64,000 nucleotides of DNA from the human T2T-CHM13v2.0 reference genome, Homo sapiens: assembly GCF_009914755.1 (NCBI RefSeq), contig NC_060948.1; one strand, 5' to 3'. Shown here one piece after another: positions 14,181-49,433 of the stretch; the stretch's first letter is position 1; each line of letters opens with the position of its first letter. The translations under genes and the position numbers were made by a program. Under the pieces are notes generated by a model that saw only the letters and a program-made list of their open reading frames with translations, was not told the DNA's origin and did no database searches.

Positions 14181-15629
14181 TACCTAAATCTTCTCATTTT
14201 CTCCTTTTTTGTTAAGGGTAGAAATATCATGTAAGAGGCCTGTTACACATACAATTAATGTGAGAGACACATGAGCAGATGTCACTTGAGCCTCATTTTC
14301 CATGCAAAAATTCAGGATTTATGGTCTAAAACCATAGAGGATATTTTAAAGCCAGATGATTCCAGAAAATCTGAGACATGTGTCCATCAGCTGTGATGTG
14401 GCCCACTCTCTCCCACCTACCCACCGCAGAATTTCTTGCCCTTCATAATGTAATCTCCCTACTTGAGGCTAGCCAGACTTCTTCAACAAACGGCAGACAA
14501 AGCAGGCTTGGTCCCAATGTAAAATGGAGTCTCAGAATGCACTACTCAGCCATTTTGGAGAGTGAATTGAAAAGGCCATGCCACAGACACCCTTGGGCAG
14601 CACAGCTTCTGTGACAATATGGGCCAGTGCCAGGAATAGGAAGGATCAAGTTAAATGTTTGTGATCCAATAACAAAACTACAACATGGGCCCCTTTAAGT
14701 AAGACTTAGGTAGAAGCTAATAAACTGAATCTAATTTTCTGTTGACCATCTTTGACAAGGAATAAGCTCTGCTATAATAAGTTTCCTAGGCAATTCAAAT
14801 ATAGACATTACAGTGGAGCTTAATTAAAAATAAAAATAAAAAAACTTTTCACAAAGGAGTCTGTCTCCTCAAATAGACTCTGAGGTGGTTTAAGTTGGAA
14901 GCACATAGTTCTTTAAAACTCTTACATGAATAATCAAGAATAATCATACATTAAAAATACTTTTTATAATTCCATTTTTAATTAAAATATATGCACATAC
15001 ATAAATACACACACATATATGTATGAATTTTCCGCTAGGAAACCCACACCAAGAACTTAGGGTTTGTCTGTAACAACTGAACACACTATCACACTACAAC
15101 CCAATGGCCTGGCCACAGACAATAGTAGATGCTTCAAGGGAAAGAATAGAGCCCTTTCAGCCAATTATACAATTACATGATATGACCATGTTCACATTAT
15201 CAAAGGGAGGTAGACCAAATGACCTAGCTACTTCAAATCAATAACCCCATTTACCTCAATTATATGGTAGACAGAGTCCAAATAATCTGAGTAATTATTT
15301 CAATTCATTCAGATGCTGTAGTTTTGGCCTGTGTGTGCACAACTAATTTTTCCTTCTGGTATACACACCCTTAAACCATCAGCAAATACCAAAATGCACA
15401 ACAGCAAACTCCTATCAGTTTTATCTATTAGCAGTGTAAACAAATTCTCTCCACTATCTGGCAGATTAAAATTTGTTATACTCTTAATAATCCAGGTTGA
15501 GATTTTCTTTTGTGACAACAACTCACTGGACCATGGAACTTTAGAGCTAGGAAGTACCATCCAGGGCCAACAGTCTAAAAGCCAGCTCCTGGAAGCAGTC
15601 CAACCAGAAATCCAGCCTGCTCACTCATA

Positions 15630-15870
15630 GCACGTAAGGCAAGGAGGTCTGAAGCTCAGATGCTTGGGTTCCAATCCTGGCTCTGCCACTTACTAGTTGA
15701 GCGACCTTGGCAAGTCCCTAAACCTCACCAAGCCTCACAGCCCTCTTCTGTACAACTGTGGTAATAAGGGAATCTGATTTATAGAGACAGTACAAGGATT
15801 AAATGAGACAATTAACAGAATGAACTTAGCATGCTTCTTGGCACATAACTACTGTTGTTAAGTCCTTACT
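15630..15870 (+). mobile_element. MIR
   Basis: TGGGTTCCAATCCTGGCTCTGCCACTTACTAGTTGAGCGACCTTGGCAAGTC...AGGATTAAATGAGA. Confidence 0.85.
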
Positions 15871-15884
15871 ATTATTATTTTAAC

Positions 15885-16362
15885 AGCAGCATCACCTTTA
15901 ATAGGTTCCCCCAAAGGATGTGTCCATGTCCTAATCCCTAGATCCTGTGAATATTACCTTATATAACAAAGGATGTGATTAAGTTAAAGACCTTGGGAAG
16001 AGGTGCTTATCCTGTTTTATACAAGTGGTCCCTAAATGCAGTCACAGGGATCCTTATAACAGAGAGGCACAGAGAGTTTTGAGACAGACACACAGGAGAC
16101 GACATAGGCATATGGAGCAGAAGGTGATATGAAGACAGAGCAGAGAGCTGAGGCTATGAGCCAATGAATGCAGATGGTTATCAGATGCTGGAAGAAGCAA
16201 GGAATATATTTTCCCTTTAGAGCCTCGAGATGGGGTGAGACTGTGTTGACACCTTGATTTCAGACTTCTGGCCTCAAATGCTCCCAAAGACTACATATCT
16301 ATTGCTTTAAACCACCACATGTGTGATATTTGTTACAGACAGCAGCCTCAGGAAATGAATAT
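15885..16362. mobile_element. MLT1 (MaLR) solo LTR
   Basis: CCCCAAAGGATGTGTCCATGTCCTAATCCCTAGATCCTGTGAATATTACCTTA...ACCTTGATTTCAGACTTCTGGCCTC...GCAGCCTCAGGAAATGAATA. Confidence 0.85.
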
Positions 16363-16719
16363 ACTACCTCAATGGGTGAAGCTCTTGTTTGACCTTTAAA
16401 CTGCAACTTGCAGATGTTAACAGTAACATGATAAGGCCAAAGATAAAGGTGACTAAAAAACGAGAAACACCAAGGTCTGGTGTTATGAATTGAGCTTAAC
16501 AAAAGTAAAGAAGCAGAAGAATGCAAGAGACAGCGAGCAAAGAGTTACGGTTGAAGTATACACAAGGGTTCAGGGAAGGAAACCCAAGAAGCATGAAGCT
16601 AGAGCCTCACACTGTAATGGGTCTTATCCACTAGAGACAGAAATCTACAATGCCAGTGCATTGTTTGTTTCTGAATAACATGTTTACCCATTCACTACTC
16701 TGTGCATTTTCTTTTTCTT

Positions 16720-18050
16720 TTATTTATTATGCTTGGAGTATGTACAACTTCTTGAATCTATGGGTTGATCTCTCTTACAAATCTGGGGAAATTCTTAGCC
16801 TAAAACATTGCTTTTGTCTCACTCCCTCCCACTCTGCTCCTTCTGAGACTCCAATTACACATATTTTAGACTTTTCATTGTGTCCCACTTGTCTCTTATG
16901 CTTTTTCTATATGTTCAATTTTTCTCTCTGTGCACTTCAGCATAAATCATTTCTATTAACCTTTCTTCCAGGTCACTATGCTTGTTTCCTGCTTATATGA
17001 TCTGTTAAAACCGTATCCATTGAGTTCTTAATTGCAGATATATTTTCCAAGTAATAGAAAGCCTATTTGATTAACTATAGATTCCAATTCTCTGTTTAAA
17101 TTTTTCATATTTTCATCTAATTCCTCCATTAAAAATTTATTTTCTTGAACATATTAATTCATTATTTTAAAATCCCCCTTTTTTTTGCTAAATTTAATTC
17201 TATTCACTCTGGATCATCTGTGGATCTGTTTCTATCATTTGTTTTTCTCTCATTTTTGGGGGATGGTCACATTGACACACTGAGTAATTTTTTTTTTATT
17301 GAATACCAGACATCATGTATTTCTAATCATGTATTAGAAAGTTGAAAAGATTTTGATGAAGTTTTCTTCCTCAAAAGTTTGCTCTCCTTTCTTCTGCCAG
17401 GAAGATAGAGTTGGGGATGGGGGTGCTGGCTAATGATCTAAACCAATCAGGAACTCTTACAAGACTCAGGCTGCTCCTAGCTTATGTCCTTGGCTAGGAC
17501 TTAGCTGTCCTGGCCTTCATTGAGAGCCTGGTGTGTCTGTGATGACCCCACCCCTTGCAACCTCCAAAAGCAAGTCCTAAACTGTAATCCTTATTTTCTC
17601 AGCACCAGAAGATTACTGAACACCACTTCTGCTTTCCAGAGGGATTCTGGTTATCTTTTGAACTTCTCATCCCATGCAGTCCAGAATTGGGCAACTGTCT
17701 TGAAGGGAAAGCCAACTGTGAATTTCAGGTTCCTCGAGTCTCCAATTTTGTCTCTCAACCCCAGTCCCAAGAGAATACTAGGTTTATTTTTCTCAGAGCT
17801 GCAACACTCCATCTAAACAAAGCCCAGGTCCACATTATTTTGTCACCACCCAGAATTAGAAATCCCCCATAAATAAAGTAGCTACAGACCATCAGCTCAT
17901 CTCTCCTCAGCTCTCTTCTTTTTGATATTTTAGCCCCCCTACTCCTCATGTTCCAACATGTCTTTAAACAGAATGGTGCTTTCTGTATTTTATATGGTAC
18001 TTCTTGGGATCGTTAGTTTGCCTCAGACTACCCAATCCTAGCTAGAAACA
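16720..18050 (-). mobile_element. Old L1M 5'/ORF1 relic
   Basis: AAATCTGGGGAAATTCTTAGCC, CTCCTTCTGAGACTCCAATTACACATATTTTAGAC and CCATTGAGTTCTTAATTGCAGATA resemble antisense L1M ORF1; limits approximate. Confidence 0.6.
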
Positions 18051-18132
18051 AATCTCTGCTTTATATTTTTCAAAGTGCTTTCATTGTCATAATTAATTTC
18101 TGCCATATAAACTGATAAGAAAAAGATGGCAG

Positions 18133-18437
<305 letters not shown>

Positions 18438-18467
18438 TTACTCTGATCTTTTAGAACACAGTTTGTC

Positions 18468-18695
18468 AGCATTGGACAAACTATGGGCCACAGGCCAAGT
18501 CCAGCCCAGTGCCTGGTTTTGTAAATAAAGTTTTATTGGAATATAGCCATGCCCACTATATTGTGCATATTGTCCATGGCTGCTTTGGCACTACAAAAGC
18601 TTTTGCAGATTTGAGTAGTTATAACAGAGACCACATCACCAGCAAAGCCCAAAATATTCACCATCTTTCCCTTTACAGAAAGTTTGTCAGCCCCT
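18468..18695. mobile_element. MER58A-like hAT element
   Basis: AAACTATGGGCCACAGGCCAAGTCCAGCCC...TTTTGTAAATAAAGTTTTATTGGAATATAGCCATGCCC...CCCTTTACAGAAAGTTTGTCAGCCCCTG. Confidence 0.85.
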
Positions 18696-19237
18696 GCTTC
18701 ATTTGAAGGAAACTGAAGCTCAGACACATTCAGTGACTGACAAGTTAACTTTGGAGAGAAGACTGTGTGTCAGTCCCCACGATTCTTATTCCAGCCATCT
18801 CCCCACTCTTCTAATTTGCTTCCCATCACAATGATTCATTACAATAAAACAACAAGGAGAGAGACAGAGCGGAATGAATTTGAAGCAGACAGTCCCAGTA
18901 AGGAAAAGGGAGGTCTCTCAGTGAACACAATTAAGGGTCTTTCTCTTTTTTGAAACACTTGGGGAATTTTGGCAGTCACCTTTGAAATCTGCTAAAACAA
19001 ATAATGTAAGGCAACTATTCAAGGATGCCACTTCAAGGTTTTAAAAAAAGCCTTAATATTTCATAGGGTTTTTTTGTTGTTGTTGTTCAGAAAATGAACA
19101 TGTAAGGAAGAACAATGAAAAATATCCTGAAGTATGTGTTCAATTCTTATCCATTCGATTGCTGAGTGCTTTCATCAAGGCCATTCTCTAAGCAGAGGAA
19201 AAAAATATTCCCAACAGATGATGGCAGCTAAGAGGGA

Positions 19238-19248
19238 CACACACACAC

Positions 19249-19285
<37 letters not shown>
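19238..19285. repeat. (CA)n microsatellite
   Basis: Seen directly. Confidence 0.95.
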
Positions 19286-19286
<1 letters not shown>

Positions 19287-19769
19287 CATGCATGATTAAA
19301 CAAAATAATTTTTAAAAATCCAATACAGTTCCAAACTCAACAATAACTGAAAAGAAAGGCCACTTGTTTCATCTTCCTTTTCCCCCATCTTCTGCTTAGT
19401 AGAAGTATATGGTAATTTGCTTCTTTTTAATAATTTGTAAAATCTGATGAGTGGTGAAATTTAGCCATGCCCACATGCCAATAACAGATGTTAAAAATTT
19501 CAGAATTATAAGATCACCAAAATAATCACATCCACCAAAAAAACCTGCTGGGGACAGCTCATCTTTTTCTTTTCAACCTACCTTATGCAGAAGGGTGAGC
19601 AGGGCATGCCCACATGTTGACAACCCTGGAGCCCCTTTTTCCCAGGGAGGACTTGAGCAGGAAAAGCAAGATGTAGGACAGAGAAAGACTAATTCATAAA
19701 GGTAAGGGAGTCATGCCCTTAAAAAAGAAACACAAACTCTTCTAAAAGGTGAGGGAAACACTCATGTGA

Positions 19770-42872
<23,103 letters not shown>

Positions 42873-43664
42873 TGTTCAATGGGAAAATCCTCATAGAATA
42901 CTCCTCAGTATGATTGAAAGAATGTTGTTCAATCAATCATTGATAGGTGCACAGTGAAGTAACTTCTGGTTTTAATTGGGTGCTCTCAAAGCTAGGATTG
43001 AAAACTCTTGGTTCTAAACTCACATGATGAGGAGTTATATTATGCTATCCTTTTCTGCACATTTGTTTATAGTCAGAGTTGTTTCAACTTGCCAATGAAT
43101 AGAGTAGAAAATTGTTTCCCTGAGACCTACGCATCTCCCATTCATAGGTTTTTAGGTTGTGCATTTTTCATATTTCTTATAAGATCATGATCACAGAGAT
43201 CATATTTGTCAAGATAAAGCTCTGTTGCACAAGGATTATGTGAAGGCGTTTACTACCCATGGCTCAGGGTTCCTTTAGAAGCAGGATGAAGCTCAAAAAC
43301 TATTACTGAAGCCAGAAAATGAAGAGAGAAGTTAAGGGCTACCCACAGGAAAAAGCAAAGTGCTTCCTTTCACTTTACAAGTGGTCACTGCTTATCCTGA
43401 CATTAAACTTGCATCTGATCATGATGTGTTTCTTGTTCATCTCTCTTGGTATTCCACTAAATCTGCGTCCAATGAAAAGAGACCTGGATGAGAGTAGTAA
43501 AGACAGTAACAGCATTTTTCTATATATTATGCCTTAGTGAGCTTTGAAGCACATTGAGCAGAGCCTGAATTCTTCCTCACTTTTGGATAAGTTGTGTCAA
43601 ATTTGACACTGATGTAAATGGTACCAGGTTTAATATGTCAAAAGAAGAAACTCAGAACCAGTGA

Positions 43665-43945
43665 ATGAGACAGAGTTTCATTCTTGTTGCCCAGGCTGGA
43701 GTTCAATGGCCCAATCTCAACTCACCACAAACCCTGCCCACCATGTTCAATTGATTCTCTTGCCTCAGCCTTCCAAGTAGCTGGAATTAAAAGCATGTGC
43801 CACCACACCCGGCTAATTTTGTATTATTAAGAGAGGCAGCATTACCATGTTGGTCAGGCTGGTGAAACCCCAGCCTCAGGTGATCCACCCACCCTGGCCT
43901 CCCAAAGTTCTGGGATTACAGGCATGAGCCACTGCACATGGCCAG
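43665..43945 (-). mobile_element. AluSp/Sq-like SINE lacking the poly-A tail
   Basis: TGAGACAGAGTTTCATTCTTGTTGCCCAGGCTGGAGTTCAATGGC...GGGATTACAGGCATGAGCCACTGCACATGGCC. Confidence 0.92.
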
Positions 43946-46601
43946 GCCACTGCCAGATTTTTTAGGTTGGAACTTGAACACTAAGATGAATTTTTTATAT
44001 AGTATCAGTCTTCAGCTATGCTAAAGTCAAGTTAACACTGTCAGTTGCATCCACCACACAGGCCGGTTCAGGCAATGGAGATTCTTCTTTCTGAGACTCT
44101 AGATTCAAAAAAGTTTTTGCTGTTTCTTGAATAGTTGGTTTGACAGGAGTTTATCTAAAAGGTCTTATGTGTGTGCACATTGCTGTATGGTTGTCTAAGT
44201 TAATGAGATGGCTTCTTAGTTGGCAGCGTCTCTTTCAGCTGCAAGTGTATACAGGCTGCTGAGGTGCCCCTTTACCAGATTTTTACTGGGGCATGACATT
44301 CTGGGGCCCCAGTTCAACTATTTTCCATGGTGGGACATGCTCAACGAGACCCTTAAATTGTGGTTCAGGTGAACCGGCTGATGTTGCCCTTTAAAAAACA
44401 GAACTGCTTGGTTTATTTCTTATTTTACTTGTCATTCTAACATATCTTTTGGTATGGAGAACAGAAAAGAATGTGAATATGTGACAGAATTCTTCCTAGA
44501 GTTGGGGCTATTTATACATGATACTTAAGTGTCAAGGTAGGTTGACAGATCTATCTTCCTGGTGCAGCCTGTGTAGGATAGAGCACTGTGACCCCTATAG
44601 CTCAGCTCCTGCAACACTTCAGAGGAATTTCAAAAACCATAGGATGTGGGGGTTAGAGAAAGAGCTGGTATAAATGGCAAGTTGCAAGTGAAATAATTGG
44701 AGGCAGGAAGATAACAGAACCTGTTTGGAACAGTATACATACTATTTGCATGCAGCTGAACAGCCAAGCCAGTTCTCTGATTTGGGCTGTGTACCAAGGA
44801 ATTAACAGGCCCACTTCTGCTCTGGCCACGGTGCTGAACTCTTTGGTTCTAGAACCAAATGTAAGTTCTGGCCTGTTCGGTTTCACAGGCCAATAGAGTG
44901 AGGAGGCCCAGGTAGGCCAACAAATGTGGCTGTGGGTGGGCTTACCACACGTGACTGGTTGTGTCTGTGCCTACACTCACAAGGAAGAGGGATCTTCTTC
45001 CTCAAGGCAATCCTAGGGAATTTTAATACAAGCCCAGGCAGGTGTCAGGCTTATGGGAGCCAGTGAAGAAAATAGTTCATGCCTCAGCCCAGTGCTTTTG
45101 CCTATCCTGGCTTGTGGCTTTGGGGGCTCAATATAATCATCAGAAAAATGAACAATGAAAGCCCCTCAGTGACTGGCTGTTCACCCCACTTTTACCAGGC
45201 CACCACACAGTACCCACCCTACAGCTCCAGGTATAGCCTGTGCTTCAAAATGCTGGGGGATTTCTGGGATGAGTTCAGGGCCCTGAGAGGGTTCTCCCCC
45301 ACAGGGATCACTCATGCCAACACCTCTGTGTGCACTGGATAGCTCAGCATGTCTGCTATATGCCACCCTTATTACCTGCTCTTGTCAAGCCCATGTCTTC
45401 CTGGGTTGGCAAGGGGCACATGCTCACTGAAGTCCATGTGGCCTGTCCATCTTTCCTCCCATGCACAGCCTCAGGGAGCTGTCATCCAGATTTCCTCCTA
45501 GATTATGATCTCAGGGGGTAACAACAGCACATTCTTCTCCAACTTATTGACTAGTAAATCTATAGTTCACTTAATGTGCCAAGGTGGGTGTGGGCCTTGA
45601 TACTCTTGATCTCTTTCCTCTAGTGGGACTTTATTGGGGGTTGCCATCCTGATTTCTTTGTGGAAATAGCCAGCAGGTGAGGCAGAACACAAGGGCCTGG
45701 GGCAGACAGGACAGAGCACCTAGGTAGGAGGTCTCAGTGTATTTCCAGGCCCGTTTTCTAAGTCAGTGCCCATATCCCTTTTCTGGGCCTCTAAGAATGG
45801 TTTACTCTATCTGCAACCTGCACCCACTGCTCTGTAGGTGGTGAGCATCCATTTATCTTTTTGGATTTGATCTTGTCCTTCATTTCCATTGGATGTTCTC
45901 CTGGAAGAAATGCACAGGGAATCCTGAGCCTGTGCTGAAGGTTACCTAACAGCCAAAGTCAGTAAGAAGTTTTCAAAAATATAATTACTAGCATTTTCTG
46001 CACATTGTTATCTCATAGTTGATTTTGCCACAGAATGTGAAAAAGGAAATATTACAACTTTTATCCTTTCCCTTATTTTAATTAGATCATCATACAAAAC
46101 TTTTATTTTTCTGAAATTTATTTTTTATGCCAATCATTGAATTTTTGTTTCCTCCTTTGTTCAAATTGTTACCTGTTTTAGAGGCAAAATCTTAAAAATA
46201 TATGCTACAAAAATACTAACAGGTGATAGCAATTTATTTAGAATGTAATTAAGTTTCTTAAATAAGTAAATAATTTCAGTGAACTTAGTTTGCAGTATTT
46301 GTATAAATTATTTTCTATCTTATCCTCAATCTTAAAAAAAAGTTATCTTGGTAAGCAAATCAAAATTAACAGATTTTGTAAACAGACAACTTAAAAACAT
46401 TTTTTGGACATGTTGGGTAATGTAATTCTCAAATATTTTATCTTAGAAATCAACACACTTGACAATTGATATTCTTAGTGTCTATAAAAGTGACATTATG
46501 AATATGCTTTTATACTTGACAAAAATTAAAAAAAGTATTCTAGTCTTCCTCAGTAAAACTTAAAGATTATACAAATAAGATTAAATATACCAGAAAAACT
46601 G

Positions 46602-46824
46602 AATTAACCAGAAAAACTGAAACACATTCATTCACTTTATCTTTCAGTATCTGATAATTAGCTGATGTTATGACATTAAGAATCTGCTTGAGTAAAGAAA
46701 TAAGGCCAACCAGCTCTTGTGAAAGAATCATTAAAAATATACGGAACAAACATATCATGTATATTGTTTTTAAATATCACAAAATTTGCATAGAGGTGTT
46801 TATAGTATTCTCTGATGGTAGTTT
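46602..46824. repeat. 223-bp tandem duplication, copy 1 (copy 2 = 46825-46902 plus 57069-57212, split by the provirus)
   Basis: AATTAACCAGAAAA.CTGAAACA.ATTCATTCACTTTATCTTTCAGTATCTGATAAT at 46602 and 46825; GAATCTGCTTGAGTAAAGAAATAAGGCCAACCAGCTCTTGTGAAAGAATC at ~46680 and 57069. Confidence 0.95.
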
Positions 46825-46902
46825 AATTAACCAGAAAAGCTGAAACAGATTCATTCACTTTATCTTTCAGTATCTGATAATGAGCAGATTTTTTGATATT
46901 AA

Positions 46903-47552
46903 TGAAATGCCTAACCTTGTTTTTACTCTAACTCATTACTTTGAATTTTGTCCTGCTTGTCTCTTTAATCACCTATCCTTGCTTCTCATGTAAATAAGAC
47001 TCTCTGTAGCTGGGAAGGCCAGACAAACTCCAACTGACCCCTTAATTTACAAGACACTAAGGGCTCCTTTCCCAACCCCCTTTTGTAAGGAGTTGGCCTG
47101 GGTAAACAGATCCTCAGCATTTCAAAGGAGTCCAATTAACTGATAAGGTACTAACACCAACAATGTATGAAGTTCCCAGGATTTTTCTCAAAGAGATAAC
47201 AACATAAAACCTTGAGTTCATGTCTTCTATAGACTCTATATCTAATTATAATGAAAGATTTAGAACCTTGCACCTGGTACCTTTGCTCTTCTTGTAACCA
47301 TTTGTCTTTTAAGTGGTTTATCTCTCTGTAACCATTTTGCTTCTTTTGATTCTTGCATGTTTTTACTTCTGTAGAATTATTGCATTTGAGTCCCCCTCCC
47401 CTTCCTAAACCTAGGTATAAAAGTTAATCAAGCCCCTTCCTCGGGGCCGAGAGAATTTTCAGCATTAGCCATCTCTTTGGCCGCCAGCTTAATAAAGGAC
47501 TCTTAATTCGTCTCAAAGTGTGGCATATTTTTTAACTCGCTTGGATACAACA
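46903..47552 (+). repeat. 5' LTR (LTR6 family)
   Basis: TGAAATGCC...TACAACA; TATAAAA at 47416 and AATAAA at 47491; direct repeat of 56414-57063. Confidence 0.95.
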
Positions 47553-47555
47553 TAA

Positions 47556-47573
47556 TGGAGGTCCCAGTGAGAA
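47556..47573 (+). promoter_or_regulatory. Primer binding site (tRNA-Thr type)
   Basis: TGGAGGTCCCAGTGAGAA three bases after the LTR; resembles the complement of the tRNA-Thr 3' end (TGGAGGCCCCAGCGAGA). Confidence 0.8.
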
Positions 47574-47770
47574 ATTAACTCCACTGGGTGAGAGCCGGTC
47601 TCACTCTGGGCTCCCCCGGAAGGACGGCTGGCTTGGATGGGGGGCGCCACCTGAGGAAATAATTTTTAAGGTCCCAGAAGAGTAACTGCCTTCCGGAGGA
47701 GAGCGGATCGACCACCGTGTCATTGCCCTAAAATTCAACATCTGAGTCCTCAGCTTCTGACCCCGGGGTC

Positions 47771-47778
47771 AGGTAAGT
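47771..47778 (+). promoter_or_regulatory. Probable major splice donor
   Basis: Consensus AG|GTAAGT about 220 nt downstream of the 5' LTR. Confidence 0.6.
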
Positions 47779-49433
47779 CAGATTTGACTTCGTTTCTGGT
47801 AAGAGGGGAGTGGCCCTGATGAGGGCGTCCCTCTTTTGACTCAGCCTGTTACTCTAGGACACTAGTGGGTTGAGCCTTGGTTTTCTGGTAGGTGCTTTTG
47901 TATCTTGGTTTGGGTAGGAAGTGGTCCTGACAAGGACCCTCCACTGACTTAGCTCAGGGCCCAGGAGGCGGGAGCTAAGCCTTGGTTTCCGGAAGACCGG
48001 ACTCTCGATCTCTCTCTCTCTTTCTCTCTTGTCTATCTTACATCCTTCTGTTGTTCAGGTTTCTTGGACAATCTCTGGGAAAGAAAAGGAAGAAAAAAAG
48101 AGAAAAAAATTGTTATAAACTCTGTGTAAATGGTGTGTGACTGTGGGAGGACAAGGGGTTGCATTTGTCTTCCAGTTTGTAGCTCTATGGTGAAAGCTAC
48201 AGAGTTCAAGTGGGCCCTCACCTGCGGTTCCGTGGCGACCTCCTAAGGCTTAAGGCAGCACCGGGCATAGCTCGATCTGAGCCAGGGGTTTATACCAGCC
48301 TGTCGATGCTAAGAGGAGCCCAAGTCCCCTCTGGGGGATCAGCCAGGCGGGCATCTGAATGACAGCATCACGGGAACTCCTTCCCTTGTCTGTCTAATAA
48401 AGAAGGTAAAAAAGGGAAAACTGTCATAATTGTTTACATGCCCTAGGGTCAATTGTTTGTTTTATGTTTATTGTTTTTTTCAGTGTCTATTGTCTTGTTT
48501 AATAGTTGTCAAGGTGTTATATGTCAGGACATCGATATTGTCCATGAGGTCTGGGTAAAAATTTCTTCAAGGACCTTAGTGCTGCTTTTTTGTCACAAGA
48601 GGTTAAATTTCTCATCAATCATTTAGGCTGGCCACCACAGTCTTGTCTTTTCTGTCATAAACAAGTAAGGTGTTGTTATGGAAAAGAGTGTGGAGAACAT
48701 TCACCTGATCGGAATTTCTGGCACCATTAAGGTTGCAGGTATTTAGATTGTCATACCCCACGTCCTAGTGATTGGTCCTCTTGTAAACTGAACTGGTGGT
48801 GGATTCAAAACAGCCACCTTGCAGACCTTCTTGCTGATCTCTTTTGTTATTTTGTAACTTTTCCTGTGCCCTTGAATAAGACCTTGTGTAGGGAAACCTA
48901 CGACCGTCATGCTTTACTTCGTTTAGACTCCTATTCTGTTCCCCTGTGGCTACGCTCTCACCTTAAGGATGATCTGAGTGGTCCTTTTCCCCCTCATCCT
49001 TGCCCCCTACCCCATGCATCTTGTTTTCCAGTGTGACAGCAAGTTCAGCATCTCCAAGACTTGGCTCTGCTCTCACTCCTTGAACCCTTAAGGGAAAAAG
49101 CTGAATTTGAACTGTTTGCTTTTGAATCGTGGAGACATCAAAAATATCTAGGATATAGGTCTAGAGGAAGAGGAAGAGGGAGAATGCCTAGCTCGAACCG
49201 TCCCAGGAGACCTTGGGTTGACCCCTAATCCCCCTCCCTCAATCTAAAAGCTACAGAAATTTGGCAAGTAGTATTAGTTTTTGTGGTTTTTCTGTTGTTC
49301 TTCCTGGTCATGTTAATTCTGTTTTTCCGACACTCCAGCCCCCCAGGGAAAGAATTTCTCTGCCCGTGTTGGATCTGATATCCCTGCTTGAGACTTTGCT
49401 AAATTGCCTTTAAATAATAAAAATAATAATAAA

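Noticed and set aside
15309-15560. ORF containing LIDKTDRS, reminiscent of RFTN1 LIKKTDRS
   Set aside because: The match is too short, the flanking residues do not align and there are no convincing splice sites; probably chance
42900-43600. Possible VN1R, CDY or XKRY pseudogene fragment
   Set aside because: Inspection of both strands gave no recognisable motifs of these families
46567-46758. 63-aa ORF sharing [21 protein letters not shown] with the 57043 ORF
   Set aside because: Alternative-frame reading of the duplicated TRIM60P tail
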